This document shows positions 27,190 to 42,949 of a stretch of DNA of 64,000 bases, piece after piece. A program made the translations under genes and the position numbers. The first letter of the stretch is position 1; the number at the start of each line of letters is the position of its first letter. Source of the stretch: Eledone cirrhosa (Eukaryota); the NCBI GenBank assembly GCA_964016885.1, contig OZ024740.1, forward strand, positions 359,228,001 to 359,292,000, read 5' to 3'. The notes beneath the pieces were generated by a model. It did not search any database and was not told the origin of the DNA. It was given only the letters and a program-made list of their open reading frames with translations.

Positions 27190-27572
27190 TCGATAAAAAC
27201 TTAATTTATGAATGTAAAATTATAACTAGCACCAATTCCTTCACCTATTTTGGCTCCACTTCCACCTCTTTTAAAGCTCGTCTCTATAATCATCATTCAT
27301 CTTTCAAATACAAACTTAAAAGAACTAACACTGCTCTCTCAGAACTCATATGGTCCTTAAAAGACAAAAACATTAAATATAACATCTTTTGGAAAAAGAT
27401 TTCTTCTGCATCCTCGTACTTGAACAGCTCTCTATCTAAAATCTGTAATCTCTGCCTAAATGAAAAATTTACCATTATCTCTAACCTAGAATCCATAATA
27501 AATAGACGCTCGGATTTGTTTTCCATCTGCCTGCATAAATTCCATAGAACTTTTCACAAAGTATACAGTTAA
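27190..27572 (+). pseudogene. GIY-YIG endonuclease fragment of PLE
   Basis: NLIYECKI..TYFGSTSTSFKARLYNH..LSELIWSLKDK..CNLCLNEK..CLH. Confidence 0.9.
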
Positions 27573-28910
27573 TATTCAATTCTTTATCAATTTAGAATCT
27601 TTTCTCAAAGGCACATATACATACACCTCTTTAAAATATACCCATCTACCTTACTTTAAAGGGCATTATACACTCTATAATACTCGTTTACTCATTACCC
27701 TCATCCTATCTTCTCGTAAAACAATAACATTTGTTTTTGACATTTTGAATATTCATCCGCAATCATTATTATTTTTTTCCCTCTATCATAAATCTTTTTA
27801 ATCTCAATTTCATCCTTAATTTATTATTATATATTTTTTTTAATATATACTCATATATTCTTTAAAATATACCCATCTACCTTACTTTAAAGGGCATTAT
27901 ACACTCTATAATACCCGTTTACTCATCACCCTCTTTCTATCTCCTCGTAAAACAATAACATTTGTTTTTGACATTTTGAGTATTCATCCGCAATCATTAT
28001 TATTTTTTCTCTCTATCATAAATCTTTTTAATCTCAATCTCATCCTTAATTTATTATTATTTTTTTCTCCCCATCAACGAACTCATTATTAATACATATG
28101 AATTCAATATACAAACTTTAACTTCACATTATTTTTCTCAAATCCTTCTACACATAAACTTTTTCTCTTTGCTAATTTTAAAATTCCTACATTTCTTCTT
28201 TTGACGTTAGAATATTCACCCACAATTATTATTTTTTTCTCTCTATCTCCATACATAATTTCCCTTCGTTAATTTTCAAATTCCTTTAATTTATACATTA
28301 TCTTCCAACGGTTCCCAACCTCTCTATATTAAAACATTATATCTTTTTCTCAGTTATAAAAACTATCTCTTTCTCTCTATCACCCATCTCTCCCTTTCCA
28401 CCTTCACTCTCATCTCCTCCCCTTTTTTTTCATCCTTTCCACCCCCCCCCCCCCTCCCTAAATATAATATATTTTTTCCTCGCACATATCCTCCCTTCGT
28501 TAATTTTCAAAATTTTTAATTTATACAGTATCTTCCAACGGTTTTCAACCCTTCTATATAAAATATATCTCCTCTCAGTTATAAAAACTATCTCTTTCTC
28601 TCTATCACCCATCTCTCCCTCTCATCTCCTTCCCTTTTCATCCTTTTCTCTCCCCCCCTCTCTAAATAAAATATTTTTCCCAATATCACACATCAATCTA
28701 AAACCACTTTTCATATGTTGATTTAAAACTGCACTATCAACAAGTGTTTTTTTAGCCTTCATATCATGTTCTCCTGTTTTATCTGATGAAAACACAAATG
28801 TTATTGTTTGATGATGTTTGTTTTTAAAATGCGCATAATAAAATATATTGAACTCCTTTAACCATCTTTTGATCTTATATTATATATATATATATGTATG
28901 TATATATATA

Positions 28911-29011
<101 letters not shown>

Positions 29012-29024
29012 ATATATATATATA

Positions 29025-29077
<53 letters not shown>

Positions 29078-29129
29078 GTATATATATGTATGTGTATATA
29101 TGTATGTGTATATATATATATATATATAT

Positions 29130-29162
<33 letters not shown>

Positions 29163-29206
29163 CATACATATATATATATATATACATACATATATATATA
29201 CATACA

Positions 29207-29331
<125 letters not shown>

Positions 29332-29475
29332 TTAAAGTATATGATAAACACGAAATGTGTTTACATTGCAACAGACAAAGTTAGCTATTAATGAAATAAA
29401 CTTATAAATATATATATACATACATATATATATATACACATACATATATATATATACACATACATATATATATAT

Positions 29476-29507
<32 letters not shown>

Positions 29508-29536
29508 ATGCATATATATATATATATATATATACA

Positions 29537-29599
<63 letters not shown>

Positions 29600-29649
29600 A
29601 CATACATATATATATATATATATATACACATACATATATATATATATAT

Positions 29650-29946
<297 letters not shown>

Positions 29947-30028
29947 CATCTATATTAAAACTGTTATACTCTGCTATGTATTGAGTACCTTACTTACTGT
30001 GGTTACCTCCGATTCAACCCGGAATAAC

Positions 30029-30079
<51 letters not shown>

Positions 30080-30081
30080 CA

Positions 30082-30120
<39 letters not shown>

Positions 30121-30121
30121 T

Positions 30122-30299
<178 letters not shown>

Positions 30300-30574
30300 T
30301 TTATATATATATACATATACATATATTTATATATATATATATATACATATATTTATATATATATATATATATACATATATTTATATATATATATATACAT
30401 ACATATATATATATACATATATATATAACGAAGGAAATGTGGTAAGGAACCAGGTGGACCATAACGCACCAAAGTACTCAATATTTAGGGTAGTAGAGTG
30501 GGTAATAGGAACGAGTGGGACCCCGACGGCTGAGCTCAAGCCGTTTCGACGGCTAATTCTGGACTCTAAGTTTG

Positions 30575-32851
30575 CTTGAAGCATTGTGGAATAATAAGGA
30601 AAATTGTTTTAAGTCGTTTGGAAGCCTCGACAATGCAGATGGGTAAATCTCCGGGTAACAAGATCCGGTGGTGGAGAGAGAGATGTAAGTGGGTGTACGT
30701 TGAGATGCGTAGCGTGTATAAGACTGTAACGTGTAAAGGAATGAAGGAAAGAGCGTAAAGGATAAAAATAAAAATAACAACACGAGAAAGAGTTACCTTG
30801 GGAGAGATTTAATTGTCCCTATATATTTCGGATTTACATCCATCAACTGGGGGTTTTTCAGGGAGGGGGGAAGGGTTGTCTGTCGGAAAGGTGCGAAACG
30901 TGTCCTCCGCTGTTCGTTGTTTTAAATATCTGAGGTATTCAGCAGAGCGCGCGTGCGCGTGAAATGGGGTCGGTCAGGAAGAGATCAGCGGCCGAAGTAG
31001 TTCTTTCAATTGTGGGAGTCGGGTGGCGCTAGCTGAAAGTCAATTCTCTGCCTGATTGGTGAATGTTACTGCGTGTGTGCGCGTGTGTTGTCTCGCTTGA
31101 GTGTGTGTGTGTGTGTTGTTGTCTTGTTCCTCTGTATTGGCAATGTAGTATGTTCGTATGGTGGAATGCTACTCTGTGCATGTATGTGTGTGCGTGTGTT
31201 GCTGTTTCGCTTGTGTGTGTGTGTGCGTGTGTTGCTGCATTGTTTGTTAAGTTAAACCATCTACCTCATTTCACTTCTCTCGGATTGGTTGTTTAATTGT
31301 GGCCCTAGGCGTTTGATTTAAAGTGCTTCCTTGATAGGTAACGTGCCGACGTTTCTTTCTGTCACTAGAATTGTAACAATGGGCCTTCCGTCTTTGTTTC
31401 CGCATTTCGCTATGTGTTTCCGGAAAGACGAGGCCCTGGTTTTAGTGTGTTCCTTGATCCGGATGTGCAACGGCCGGATTGTGCTACCTATATAGTATTG
31501 GTTGCACTTGTTACATTCTATCTTATACACGACGTATGTGGGTAGGCAACAGTTCGCATGTCGCATCGGGCAGTCTCTGAGGGAGCACGCGTCAGTTTAT
31601 TTCCCGGGTTTCCTGGAGAGGCATCTTCGCAGGGAGGGGCCCGAATGGGCCAAGTGGATGTCGAGGCCCTCACTCCGTATAGCCTTGCGGATAGCGTTGG
31701 TGGTATTCTCGCCCAGGTGTGGCATTTTAAAGAAGCACTTGCCTTGGGTGCCTCTCTGTCTCTTGTGTCTCGTGTCTCCTATTCTGTCTGTGAGCGAGGT
31801 AGTGTACCCGTTCGTCTCCAGCACCTCGAGGAATCGCTTGGTATGAGTGACACCACTGCATCTGTTTTTGATTCGCGCGATCTCGTTCGTGATGTATCCT
31901 CTTTTGGCACTGTTAGAGAGGGCGAACTTGTAGTGGACGAACAGGTCCCTGCAGGCTGCTTTTCGGTAGAAGTTGCAGTGGATCCCTCCCTGTTCCGTGA
32001 TGTTGATTCGGAAGTAGAGGAGGGCAAGTGACCCGTCGTCGTTGGGGTGTTCAACACTGAAGTCAATGTTCTCGTCCGTGTTGTTGAACGTCTCATAGAT
32101 TCTGTTCGCCATGTCTTGGGAAGATGTGAGGATGAGGATATCGTCCACGTACCTTGAGAAAAAGGCAACGGCGTTGGGGTGGCAGGCGTTGAGTGCCTTG
32201 CGCTCGAGGCTGTCCATGTAAGAGTTCGCTAGCACATCCGACAGGCTTGATCCCATGGGCAGTCCCGAGGTTTGTTGGTGTGTTTGGTCAAGGAATCCGA
32301 AGTAGGTGTTGTCGACGACAATGGATAGGAGTTGGTGGATGTCAGTGGTGGTGATCCCGAAGCAGTGTAGGTCGGTGGATTGGACGCGTTCCATCAGTAT
32401 ATTGACGGCCGGGAGTGCCGGGACCGAGGTGTAGAGAGCGACTACATCAAAGCTAAAGGCATATCTGTTATGGATCCCGACACCAGAAAGAATAACAGAC
32501 CTCTGCCTGACAGACCCCATTTCACGCGCACGCGCGTTCTGCTGAATACCTCAGATATTCAAAACAACGAATAGCGGAGACACGCCTCCCCCCCCCCTGT
32601 AAAAAACTCCAGTTGATGGATGTGAATCCGAAATATATAGGGACAATTAAATCTCTCCCAAGGTAACTCTTTCTCGTGTTGTTATTTTTATTTGTATCCT
32701 TTACGCTCTTTCCTTCATTACTCTACACGTTACAGTCTTATACATGCCACGCATCTCAACGTACACCCACTTACATCTCTCTCTCCACCACCGGATCTTG
32801 TTACCCGGAGATTTACCCATCTGCATTGTCGAGGCTTCCAAACGACTTAAA
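30575..32851 (-). mobile_element. 5'-truncated Penelope-like element (YVDD type) with inverted pseudo-LTR
   Basis: Arms ~30608-30985 and ~32498-32851 enclose RT and GIY-YIG frames. Confidence 0.9.
31318..32480 (-). pseudogene. PLE RT + GIY-YIG (frameshifted)
   Basis: [28 protein letters not shown]; then [30 protein letters not shown]. Confidence 0.9.
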
Positions 32852-32977
32852 GAAATATATATATATATATATAGTAATAATAATAAATTTGAAGACTAAA
32901 ATCCAAAGAGGGCTCGATAAGGATAAATATATATCAAATATATAAGAACCGTAGAGCAAATATTTATTAATATATAT

Positions 32978-33178
<201 letters not shown>

Positions 33179-33206
33179 CATATATATATATATATATACA
33201 TACATA

Positions 33207-33244
<38 letters not shown>

Positions 33245-33281
33245 CATACATATATATATATACATACATATATATATATAC

Positions 33282-33318
<37 letters not shown>

Positions 33319-33321
33319 CAT

Positions 33322-34970
33322 ACAGGGAACTTATATACTTACCATCCGACAAAGGTAAAGAGTTTTACGTCATCTCTCAAGCCACATACAATAACCTAGC
33401 CTTTGAACACCTAAACGACAATGAATTATACACAGTGATCCCGGACATGACCAACTCCATTTGGTTCGATATCTGTAGGAGAAGACAACTCCCAAATAAA
33501 GTTAAGCTCAACTACACCACTAGAAATAGCAGACTGCCGACTTTCTACCACCTCATCAAGACCCACAAGAATAGTACTAAGACGCAAATAAGACCCATCG
33601 TCTCTAGCATAGAAGGACCCCTATACAAAATTTCCTGGCTCCTCTCCCAGGTCCTCAAGCCTCTACTCTCCACCTTTCCCGGGCATGTCGGTAGCTCCGA
33701 CGAAGTTATACGTAGACTACACCAACTCCAGCCAGAACAACTTAAACTAAATAAATACGCTTTTAGCCTAGACGTTGTCTCCCTCTACACTACAGTCCCC
33801 GCTCATCCAGCTGTCGATTTATTGACGGACTGCGTGGTCGCAGAGGACATCCACTGCTACGGCCTCCACCCGACGGACATACACCAGCTTTTGTCCTTCA
33901 CAGTAGACAACACGTACTTCACGTTCCACCACCACACATACAGACAGACAACAGGATTACCCATGGGATCCAGCCTATCGGGTTTACTGGCCATCACCTA
34001 CATGAACCAGCTAGAATGCCGAGCCCTCAACACCTGCCATTCACATGCCTTCTTCACCCGATATGTAGATGACATACTCATCCTTACATCATCCCGTGAG
34101 GAGGCAGATAAAATATACACAACATTCTCCAGCATGGACGCCAGTATAAAGTTCAGCATGGAACACCCCGATGACCGTGGATCCCTATCCCTACTGGACT
34201 TCCAACTCAGGGTAACAGAGGAAGGCAACATCCACACCTGCTTCTATAAAAAAGCCGCCAGCAGGGACCTGTTCGTACATTTCAGATCGATCCTCCCACT
34301 CGGTGCCAAGTTCGGATACATAAGGAACGAAGTGGCACGTATCCGGAACAAATGCACCGACGCTAGAGACCGAGACACACACACCACACATTTCCTGGAA
34401 GTACTCAAACTGAAAGGATACACGACATCCACCACAAACCGTGCCAGAAAGAACAGAGGACACCACACCCGAGGCACTAACACTTGCTTCCTGAAGCTCC
34501 CACACTTCAGTGAAGAAACAACAACAGCCATCCGCAGAGCCATCAGACGAGAGGGACTAGATATCCAACTGGCCCACTCAGGTCCTTCTCTACGCGGACA
34601 GCTAACCAAAAGACACTCCACCAGACATGACAACTGCTGCAGACTAGCCAACTGCCCCATCAACGACACAGACCTATGCCACCAGGCTTACGTCGTATAC
34701 AGACTAGAGTGTGACAAATGCAACAACTTCTACGTAGGTAGCACCACCAGACCACTCCACATAAGAATAAAAGAACACCTCAATACTAACGCTTCCTCAT
34801 TTAAGAAACACCTAGTTAAATGCAAAAACACCGACAAAACCATAACAGTTAGGATAGAAACTAAGGAAAGAAACCTCGGCAATCTTAGAATTAAGGAAGC
34901 ACTAATTATAGATAAAACACAACCACCAAACAATAATAGACTAGAACTCAACACCCAATTTATAACCTGA
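33322..34970 (+). CDS. PLE RT + GIY-YIG, 5'-truncated but open frame (N-terminal YI repeat of the ORF call is microsatellite)
   Basis: [64 protein letters not shown]. Confidence 0.92.
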
Positions 34971-35351
34971 TAGGGCCTCTAGCCCCATATTTACACACCA
35001 CACGCACACGCACGCACACACACACACGCTTACACCTCCTCTTATTCTCTCTCACACATACACACACAAAACCAGTTCTAACACCAGATAACACCTATCC
35101 CCCACATTTACGAATAGACTTATCTTCTCACACTCACACACACGCACTTACACCTTCATGCATTCTCCCACACACTTAAACAGGCATGTATATAAAAAAA
35201 AAACCTAAACAAACCCCTTTTAAAGGGAGACTACTCTTTATCCACCTAATTTTAACTCTTTGACATTAGAGATAGAACAGATACTCTATAGTATTTCCTG
35301 TCAGCATGGCTTGGCAAGATATTTAGAACGCTGGTTTGAGACCTTTATTTC

Positions 35352-35383
35352 CCTCTGAAGAAGAGATATCTCGAAAATTAAGG
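35352..35383 (+). ncRNA. Extremely minimal hammerhead in 3' pseudo-LTR
   Basis: CCT-CTGAAGA-a GAG atat CTC-GAAA-AT-TA-AGG, at the expected position downstream of the PLE ORF. Confidence 0.65.
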
Positions 35384-35497
35384 ACATTTAAATAAATCTA
35401 AGGTAAAAGACGATTTGTCAACAATATCTTTTGCAATTGCATTCTTTTTTCTATGTCCATACCTGCATTGTTTTGGCTTTATTATACATATTCAAAC

Positions 35498-35555
<58 letters not shown>

Positions 35556-35663
35556 GCAAGGCGAGCCGTATCTCGCTCGGTATGCAGATGAGGCTACTCA
35601 ACCGATGTGTACTTAAGAAAATACTATGTATTTTCAACCGTTCAACAGACTGGCAGAGTTATA

Positions 35664-35704
35664 CAGTCCTGGTGAAGGGTAATGACCCAGAAACACGTTG
35701 ATTG
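35664..35704 (+). ncRNA. Degenerate hammerhead (CTGGTGA core)
   Basis: CAGTC-CTGGTGA-a GGGT aatg ACCC a-GAAA-CACG-TT-GATTG. Confidence 0.5.
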
Positions 35705-36310
35705 TTCCTCAATGCCAATGTTGAGCAAAAGGATGACGATTTCTCATCGGCACTGCACAACTTTAATCGGGCTGTTTATTTACAAACGAACCGAATATTA
35801 TACGATATAACCCATACATACATATGTATGTGTATATGTGTGTGTGTGCGTGTGCATATCCATACTTACATTCATATATATATATATATGCATGTATAGG
35901 TTTTTATATAGGCGTATTTTATGTGTATCTTTATGTATCTATTTGTATCTTCATTGCACAATGAATTGTGGGAACAAATATAAATACATCATTTCAGATT
36001 TTAGTTCAACGTCTTTTATCGTGTTATTTATAGGGACTTGTAATAGAATTCAGAACACAAAAATTAAATGTAGCATTATCAATTTGTTACAAAGAAAAAG
36101 TTGGTTCCATTTAAGATTCAACGTTGATGGAGCTATATTTGTCTTTTCGTTTAATTAAAAAACACAACATATCATATCTATAAATGCTTTTAAAAACCGT
36201 ACTATTATAATCTCATTCTCTATCACATTTAACTTCGCTCTAACTATTGTTTCTGCTAACTTAGCCATATCAATCTTGATCCTCTTTTACTAATTGTAAC
36301 TGTACCAATG

Positions 36311-36700
36311 ATTGTTTCTGATTTAGGCACAAAGCCAACAATTTTGTGAGAGGAAAAAGTCGTTTAAATTGACCTCAGTGCATTACTGGTACTTTATTTT
36401 ATCGATCCCGTAAGGATGAAAGGCAAAGCTAACCTCGGCGGAATTTGAACTCAGACCGTAAAGGGTCGTATCTCTAGCTGCACATCATGGTGTTTGACGC
36501 TCTACCGACACTGCCAATCCACCGTCCTTGTAATTGTACTAATAATAATACAAATAATTTTATAAATTATTAATACTGCAATGTGGGCGGCAAATTGGTA
36601 GAGTGGTTAGAATGTCGGATAGAATGTTTTGCAGTATTCGCTCCGGCTCTCAGCTCAAATTCCCCACCGAGGTCAACTTTGCCTTTCATCCTTTCGAGGT
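36311..36700. mobile_element. Two SINE copies (36311-36525 minus; 36585-36700 plus, truncated)
   Basis: 5476-family motifs; further copies at 37313-37465 and ~37850-38070. Confidence 0.8.
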
Positions 36701-38194
36701 GATGGGACAGTCTTCAAATATTCCTTCCAGTGGGTCCTGTCAAAACCGTCTCCTATTGATCCGACTGGATCCCCAACCGATCCCAGCTGAGCTCATGGAT
36801 GTTATCCAACCATGTTGCTCGGTGTCTACCACTGGACCTTCTCGCAGTTAGATTTGCCCGTAAAATTTGTCTTTTTAGCGATTCTTTTCTGAGACATTCT
36901 AACAACATGCTCGTAATATCGGAACTGTGTCTCTTAATTCGGAGAGGAGGAGGAGGAGGAGGGGGGAGGAGGAGGAGAAGAAGAAGAAGAAGAAGAAGAA
37001 GAAGAAGAAGAAGAAGAAGAAGAAGAAGAAGAAGAAGAAGAAGAAGAAGAAGAAGAAGAAGCTCTATTAATTCTGGCAACCCACTGCTCTTAAAATAGTT
37101 AAAATAGTTATAAAAGATATTTCTGTAAGTTTCTAGAATCATCTGACATATATCCAAGTATTTGGGCAGAAGTTTCTTTCTCGCGTCTTTCACAGATAAT
37201 TTGGCATCGCTTTCTTGTGTCTGAAGAATGTTCTCCCAGAGAATTTTCATCCAAATTACCGACATCTAAATCAGTTGATTCAATAATCATTTATCATTAT
37301 TTATAGCCACTAAGGCGGTGGATTGGCAGTATCGGTAAAGCGTCGGACAAAATGCTTTTCTGCATAGAGCTATGACCCTTTACGTTCTGAATTAAAATAC
37401 CACCGAGATTAGTTTTGCCTTTCATCCTTACGGGGTTGATAAAATAAAGTATTACTAATGCACTACTATATGTGTGGGTGTGTGTGTAAAATGTGTACGT
37501 GTATGTACACTATGTACAATAAACTAGTGTAACTATTCTAAATGTTTCACTTCAAACAGGGTAAAATAAAAATATATTTATACATTTAGGTATTTGTAAT
37601 ATTGAGATGATATTAAATTGGTTATTTCAAGAGCTTTCAAAGATGCTGATATTTTTTTTCCACTTGATGCTTTGTTGAAATAATTTCATTGATTGTTTAT
37701 ATAAATAGTAAGAAAATTATATGCATTGAAGTACTTTCAGACCTTCCGGATCTAACCATAAAAATATTTTAGATGACATGATAGGCTTCATACGTCTTTT
37801 ATTTTGCAATTGAAGACTTATAATTGTCTTTTATATGAATACTATGTAGAAGATGGCTAAGAACTAATATCACCAAAGCAACGGATAAAATGTCCTATGG
37901 TATTTCGCTACGACACTTTGCATTCTGTTTTCAAATCTAGCCGAATTCATTCTTCCAATCTCGGCACTGCTAACTAAGTACTGGGATAATTTAATCAACT
38001 ACACCAACGCAACTACTTCCACGATCTTAATCGCCGAATTTCCTGGTTTTCTGCCTACGTAAGAAAACAATATTATTAGAATATGCTTTAATGAGTGATT
38101 GAGTTAAAATGACATCGAGATTAATTTCAATTCAACTTGGTCATCTGTGCGCTTAGGAAAAGCATTAAACTTATTAACTCTCACTTCTCCTTAG

Positions 38195-38266
<72 letters not shown>

Positions 38267-38929
38267 TTCTTTATTAGCCACAAGGGCGCAACAAGAAAGG
38301 GGACAATACAAAGACATGCCGGGGATTTTACATACAGTCGTGTAAAAAATATAAAAACAAACAATTTCAACAATCGAAATCCCCAATAGGGGGGAGGCGC
38401 CACAAATGGGTTGTTTAATACCCCGTCGATAGAACAACCCTCAACTCGAGGAGCGTGTTGTGCAAGTGCTCCTTTCTTCCTTTTGCTCTCTTCCTCAACC
38501 TACAGGCTTATAAACAGAGAAGGCCCAATCACTCAGGCCATTTTCGCTTCATTCACCCACCTTTCAGTAAATTTACTGGGGTGCAGTGCCTCTCTCTCCA
38601 CCCTGATTCTCCTTCTAAAGTGATACTTAAAGAAGGGAATCAATTGTTGTCCGGAGAGAAAGGCATCTGTCCTCAGTCCTCTCAACCTCGTCCACCATAT
38701 AACTTCTTTCACCATGGCCACCGTACAGAGGAAAACCGCCTCTCTTTCGTTTTTGAAAGAGGCTGGCGGTTTGATCCTTACTATGGACTCGGCAGTCAAC
38801 TGGATTTGTCCCATACTCGACAGCAGTTGTTCTGCATAGTTCCACAGGTCGCTGACGCCCGGGCAGTGTACAATTGCGTGCAGAACTGTTTCAATGTCCT
38901 GCGCGCATCTTTCCTCTCCTCCTCCTTTT

Positions 38930-41428
38930 CCTCAACCTACAGGCTGATATAGAGAGAAGGCCCATTCACTCGGGCCATTCTCGCCATTTTCACCCACCTT
39001 TCATAAAACTTGCTGGGGTACAGCACCTCTCTCTCCATCCTGATTCTCCTTCCAAAGTGGTATTTGAATAAAAGAATCAGTTGTTGGCCGGAGAGAAAGG
39101 TATCTGACCTCAGCCCTTTCAACCTTGTCCACCATACAACCTCTTACGCCATAGCTATCACACAAAGGAAAACCGCCTCTCCTTCGGTTTTGAAGGAGGG
39201 TGGCGGTTTGATCATGACAATGGACTCGGTGGTCAACCGGATTGGTCCCACCCGCGACAATAGTCGTTCTACATAGCCCCACAGGTCAGTGACGCCCGGG
39301 CAGTGTATGAATGCGTGCGCGACGGTTTCTTCGTCTCGCACGCACCTCGGACAGATTTTTTTTGCAGGGTCCCTGCACGGGCGCCCATGTCTGTAGAGCT
39401 TGTCTCGAACTGGTAGAGCTCCTCGGTAGCACTGCCAAGCCAGGGACTTTTGGAAGTTGTCCATCGGTCCTGGGCGGAAGGTCCTACCGAACAGACTGGC
39501 CAGTTCATCTTCCTCTACGCCTAGAGTTTCACCGAGCGCGTCGTCGCACTTGCTGCGGATCTACCCTCTATAGAATGACGAAGTGGAGTCTCCACTGATC
39601 GCCGGGTCCGCCTGCCAGAGGGCTGTGAGCGCCTGAGCACATTCGATGTGCCAGTCGCCCATTTTCCTCGGTCTTTGCTTGACCCAGGACTGCAGCTCGG
39701 TCAGCGAGACAACTCGTGGGAAGGCTCGCCTCACGAACGGGGCCCACACCGGTTGTCGGGTGAGGAATACGTAGAGATGCCGCAGCCTGAGCGCGTGTTT
39801 GCGCATCGTCAACCACGGCATCCCCAGCCCTCCGTTAGAAGGGTGTTGGCAGCAGATGGATCTTCTCACCAAAGGAGCCTGCCTCTTCCAAAGGAATCGG
39901 AAGAGCGCGCGCTCCATTTTGGCGAACGTTTTGGCTGAACAAGGCACGACGGTCAAGCGGTAGTAGATGGCGGACGCTATAAAAGTGTTCGCCACCTCCG
40001 CTCGACCTTTCAAGGATAGTTTGCACTCGGCCCACTTCTGGGTGAGTGCAAACACCTTGGCCGTCACTTCGTTCCAGTTCTTCTCCACCTGGAGGTCCGG
40101 ACCAAACCCGACCCCGAGCAGCTTTACCGGTCCTTCCGTCCAGCGTCCGACGACGCCATCGGAAGGCATCGGTTTGCCTCTCCACAATCCGAGTTGCAAA
40201 CCGATGGGCTTGTCCCGGTTCAGCTTCGCTCCTGTGAAACTTTCGTATTCCTTCAGTAAGGTGCCGACTTCCTCGATTTGCGAGGCGCTCGACACCATTA
40301 CTGTCACGTCGTAGGCGTAGGCCGACGCCGCTTTCCGCAGTCCCGGTTCCAGAGGGATGCCCTGCAATAGCTCCAACTTCCGCAGTAGTGGCTCGAGAGT
40401 CAGTACGTACAGAAGGGAGGAGAGAGGGCATCCCTGTCGAATGGATCGCGTAATATGGAACGGCTCCGAGAGGTAGCCGTTAACCTTGACCCTTGAGCAG
40501 ATGTTGCTGTTGTGCATTGCAGCAATCCAGCCCCTGAACACGGGTCCGAAGCCTGCTGCCTCGAGCACCGCATCCAGGTAACGATGGTCAACCCTATCGA
40601 AAGCCTTAGACTGATCCAAGTTGATCAGGGCCCCACCGAAGCCGGGTTTACACCCTACCCTCTCTATGATGTATCGCATGAGGTGGAGGTTGTCGAGTAT
40701 GAACCTGGTCGGGATTGCGCATGTCTGCGCTTCTCCCACCAGATTCTCGACGACAAGCGCCAGCCTCTTTGCCAACACCTTGGCCAAAATCTGTAACTCT
40801 GTGTTTAGCAGAGTTATGGGCCGGAAGTTGCCTATGTCATCCCCCTTATTCTCGTCCTTCCTGATTACAGAACTGGTTACAGAACTGGGAATTCTCCCGT
40901 TCTGTTTCCAGTTGCAGTAGACCGCTTCCAGGAGACCGGAGAATAAGTCCGGCATTGCTACGTAAAATTCGTAGGGTAGACCGTCGAGACCTGGAGATTT
41001 GTGTTTGCCGCATTGGCTCAGCGCGTCCCCTATCACAGCGGCTGAAATCGGCTTTTCGCAGAACTTTGCCTCGCTGTCCGAGAGTCGCTGTAGGCCGTCG
41101 AAGTATGGACCGAAATCCATAGCCTCTCCCGGCGCGCCGCGCCTCCCGAACAGCTGAGCAAAGTGCCGCTGAAAAGCCGCACACATCTGCTTCGGCTCAC
41201 GTATCACGCGTCCGTTTTGGTCCTTCAAAGACCGAATCGTGGACTTGTTGCCACTTTTTGCCTCCGTCACTCGGGCCCAGCTAACAGCTTTGGCTCCCTC
41301 GTTTCCCAGAGCACGTGTTTTGCTTCTGACAACGCAGCCCTCGTGCTTTGCGTCGAAGAACTGGTCCAAGGCCGTTCTCGTTGCTAGCACGCTGGCTACG
41401 TTGCCACTTCTAATTGCCTCTTCTACTT
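38930..41428 (-). pseudogene. Tx1 ORF2: RT and C-terminal zinc finger (5'-truncated, frameshifted)
   Basis: KSPGLDGLPYEFY, FRPITLLN, LDQSKAFDRVDH, RQGCPLS, AYAYDV (decayed YADD), CPRC..ETVAHAFIHC. Confidence 0.92.
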
Positions 41429-41433
41429 TATCT

Positions 41434-41487
<54 letters not shown>

Positions 41488-41718
41488 TTCTTTATTTGCC
41501 ACAAGGGCACACAAGAAAAGGGGACAAAACAAAGACGCATGTCGGGTATTTTACATACAATCGTGTAAAAATATTGAAACAAACAAATTTAACAATCGAA
41601 ATCCCCAATATGGAGGAGGCGCCACAAATGGGTTGTTTAATACCCCGTAGATAGAACACTCAACTTCAGGAGCGTGTTGTGCAAGTGCTTCTTTCTTCCT
41701 TTTGCTCACTTCTTCAAC

Positions 41719-42860
41719 CTACAGGTTTATATACAGAGAAGGCCCAATCACTCGGGCCATTTTTGCCACATTCACCCACCTTTCAGTAAATTTACTGGGA
41801 TGCAGTGCCTCTCTCTTCACTCTAATTCTCCTTCTAAAGTGGTACCTAAAGAAGGGAATGAGTTGTTGTCCGGAGAGAAAGGCATCTGTCCTCAATCCTC
41901 TCAATCTCGTCCACCATATAACTTCTTTCATCATAGCCACTATACAGAGGAAACCCGCCTGTCTTTCGTTTTTGAAAGAAGTTGGCGGTTTGAACCTTAC
42001 TATGGACACGGCAGTCAACTGGATTTGTCCCATACGCGACAGCAGTTGTTCTGCGTAATTCCACAGTTCAGTTACGCCCGGGCAGTGTATAATTGTGTGC
42101 AAGACGGTTTCAATGTCCTGATCGCATCTTGAACACGACCTCTTGGAAGGATCCCTGCCGGGGCGTCCGTGCCTGTAGATCTTGTCTCGAACTGGTAGAG
42201 CTCCTCGGTAGCACTGCCAGGCCAGGGACCTGTGAAAGTTGTCCATATTCCCGGGCAGAAAGTCCTACCAAACAGACTGGTAAGTTCGTCGTCTTTGACG
42301 CCAGGAGTCTCTCCGAGCACGTCGTCGCCCTTTTCACGTACTAACCCTCTATAGAATGTCAAAGTGGAGTCTCCACTGATTGGTCTGTCCGCTTGACAGA
42401 GGACTGTGAGCGCTTGAGCGCATTCAATGTGCCAGGCGCCTATCTTCTTCGGTCTCCGCTTGACCCTGGACTGCAGCTCCGTCAGCTAGACAAGTTGCGG
42501 GAAGGCCTGTCTCACAAACGGTGCCCACACCGGTTGGTCGGTGGGGAATACCTGGAGATGCCGTAGCCTCAGCGCATGTTTGCGCATCATCAGCCACAGC
42601 AGTCGCAGTCCTTCCTTGGAAGGCTGCTGACAGCAGACGGATCTCCTTACCAGTGGAGCCTACTTCTTCCAAAGGAACTGGAAGAGCATGCGTTCCATCT
42701 TGGTGAGGCATTCATGGGGACAAGACACGACGGTCAAGCGGTAGAAGATGACGGACGCTATGAAAGTGTTGGCCACCTCCGCTCGACCTTTCTAGAATAG
42801 TTTGAACTCTGTCCACTTCTGAGTGAGCGCACATACCTTGGCCGGACCAGTTTTTCTCCA
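41719..42860 (-). pseudogene. Tx1 ORF2 C-terminal part of second element (RT deleted)
   Basis: SLAWQCYRGALPVRD, CSRC..ETVLHTIIHC; joins the APE region near 42860-42950 without RT motifs. Confidence 0.85.
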
Positions 42861-42949
42861 CCTTTTTTTTCCACCTTTTTTCTTCAGTTTTTCTCCACCC
42901 ATTGTTGACGATGGCCTCCGTCAACTGTTGCTTAAATAATCTACTTATC

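Larger units (their letters stand above)
33322..35500 (+). mobile_element. Penelope-like element with 3' pseudo-LTR, inserted in (TA)n
   Basis: The ORF above plus a 3' UTR with a hammerhead; (TA)n at both ends. Confidence 0.88.
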
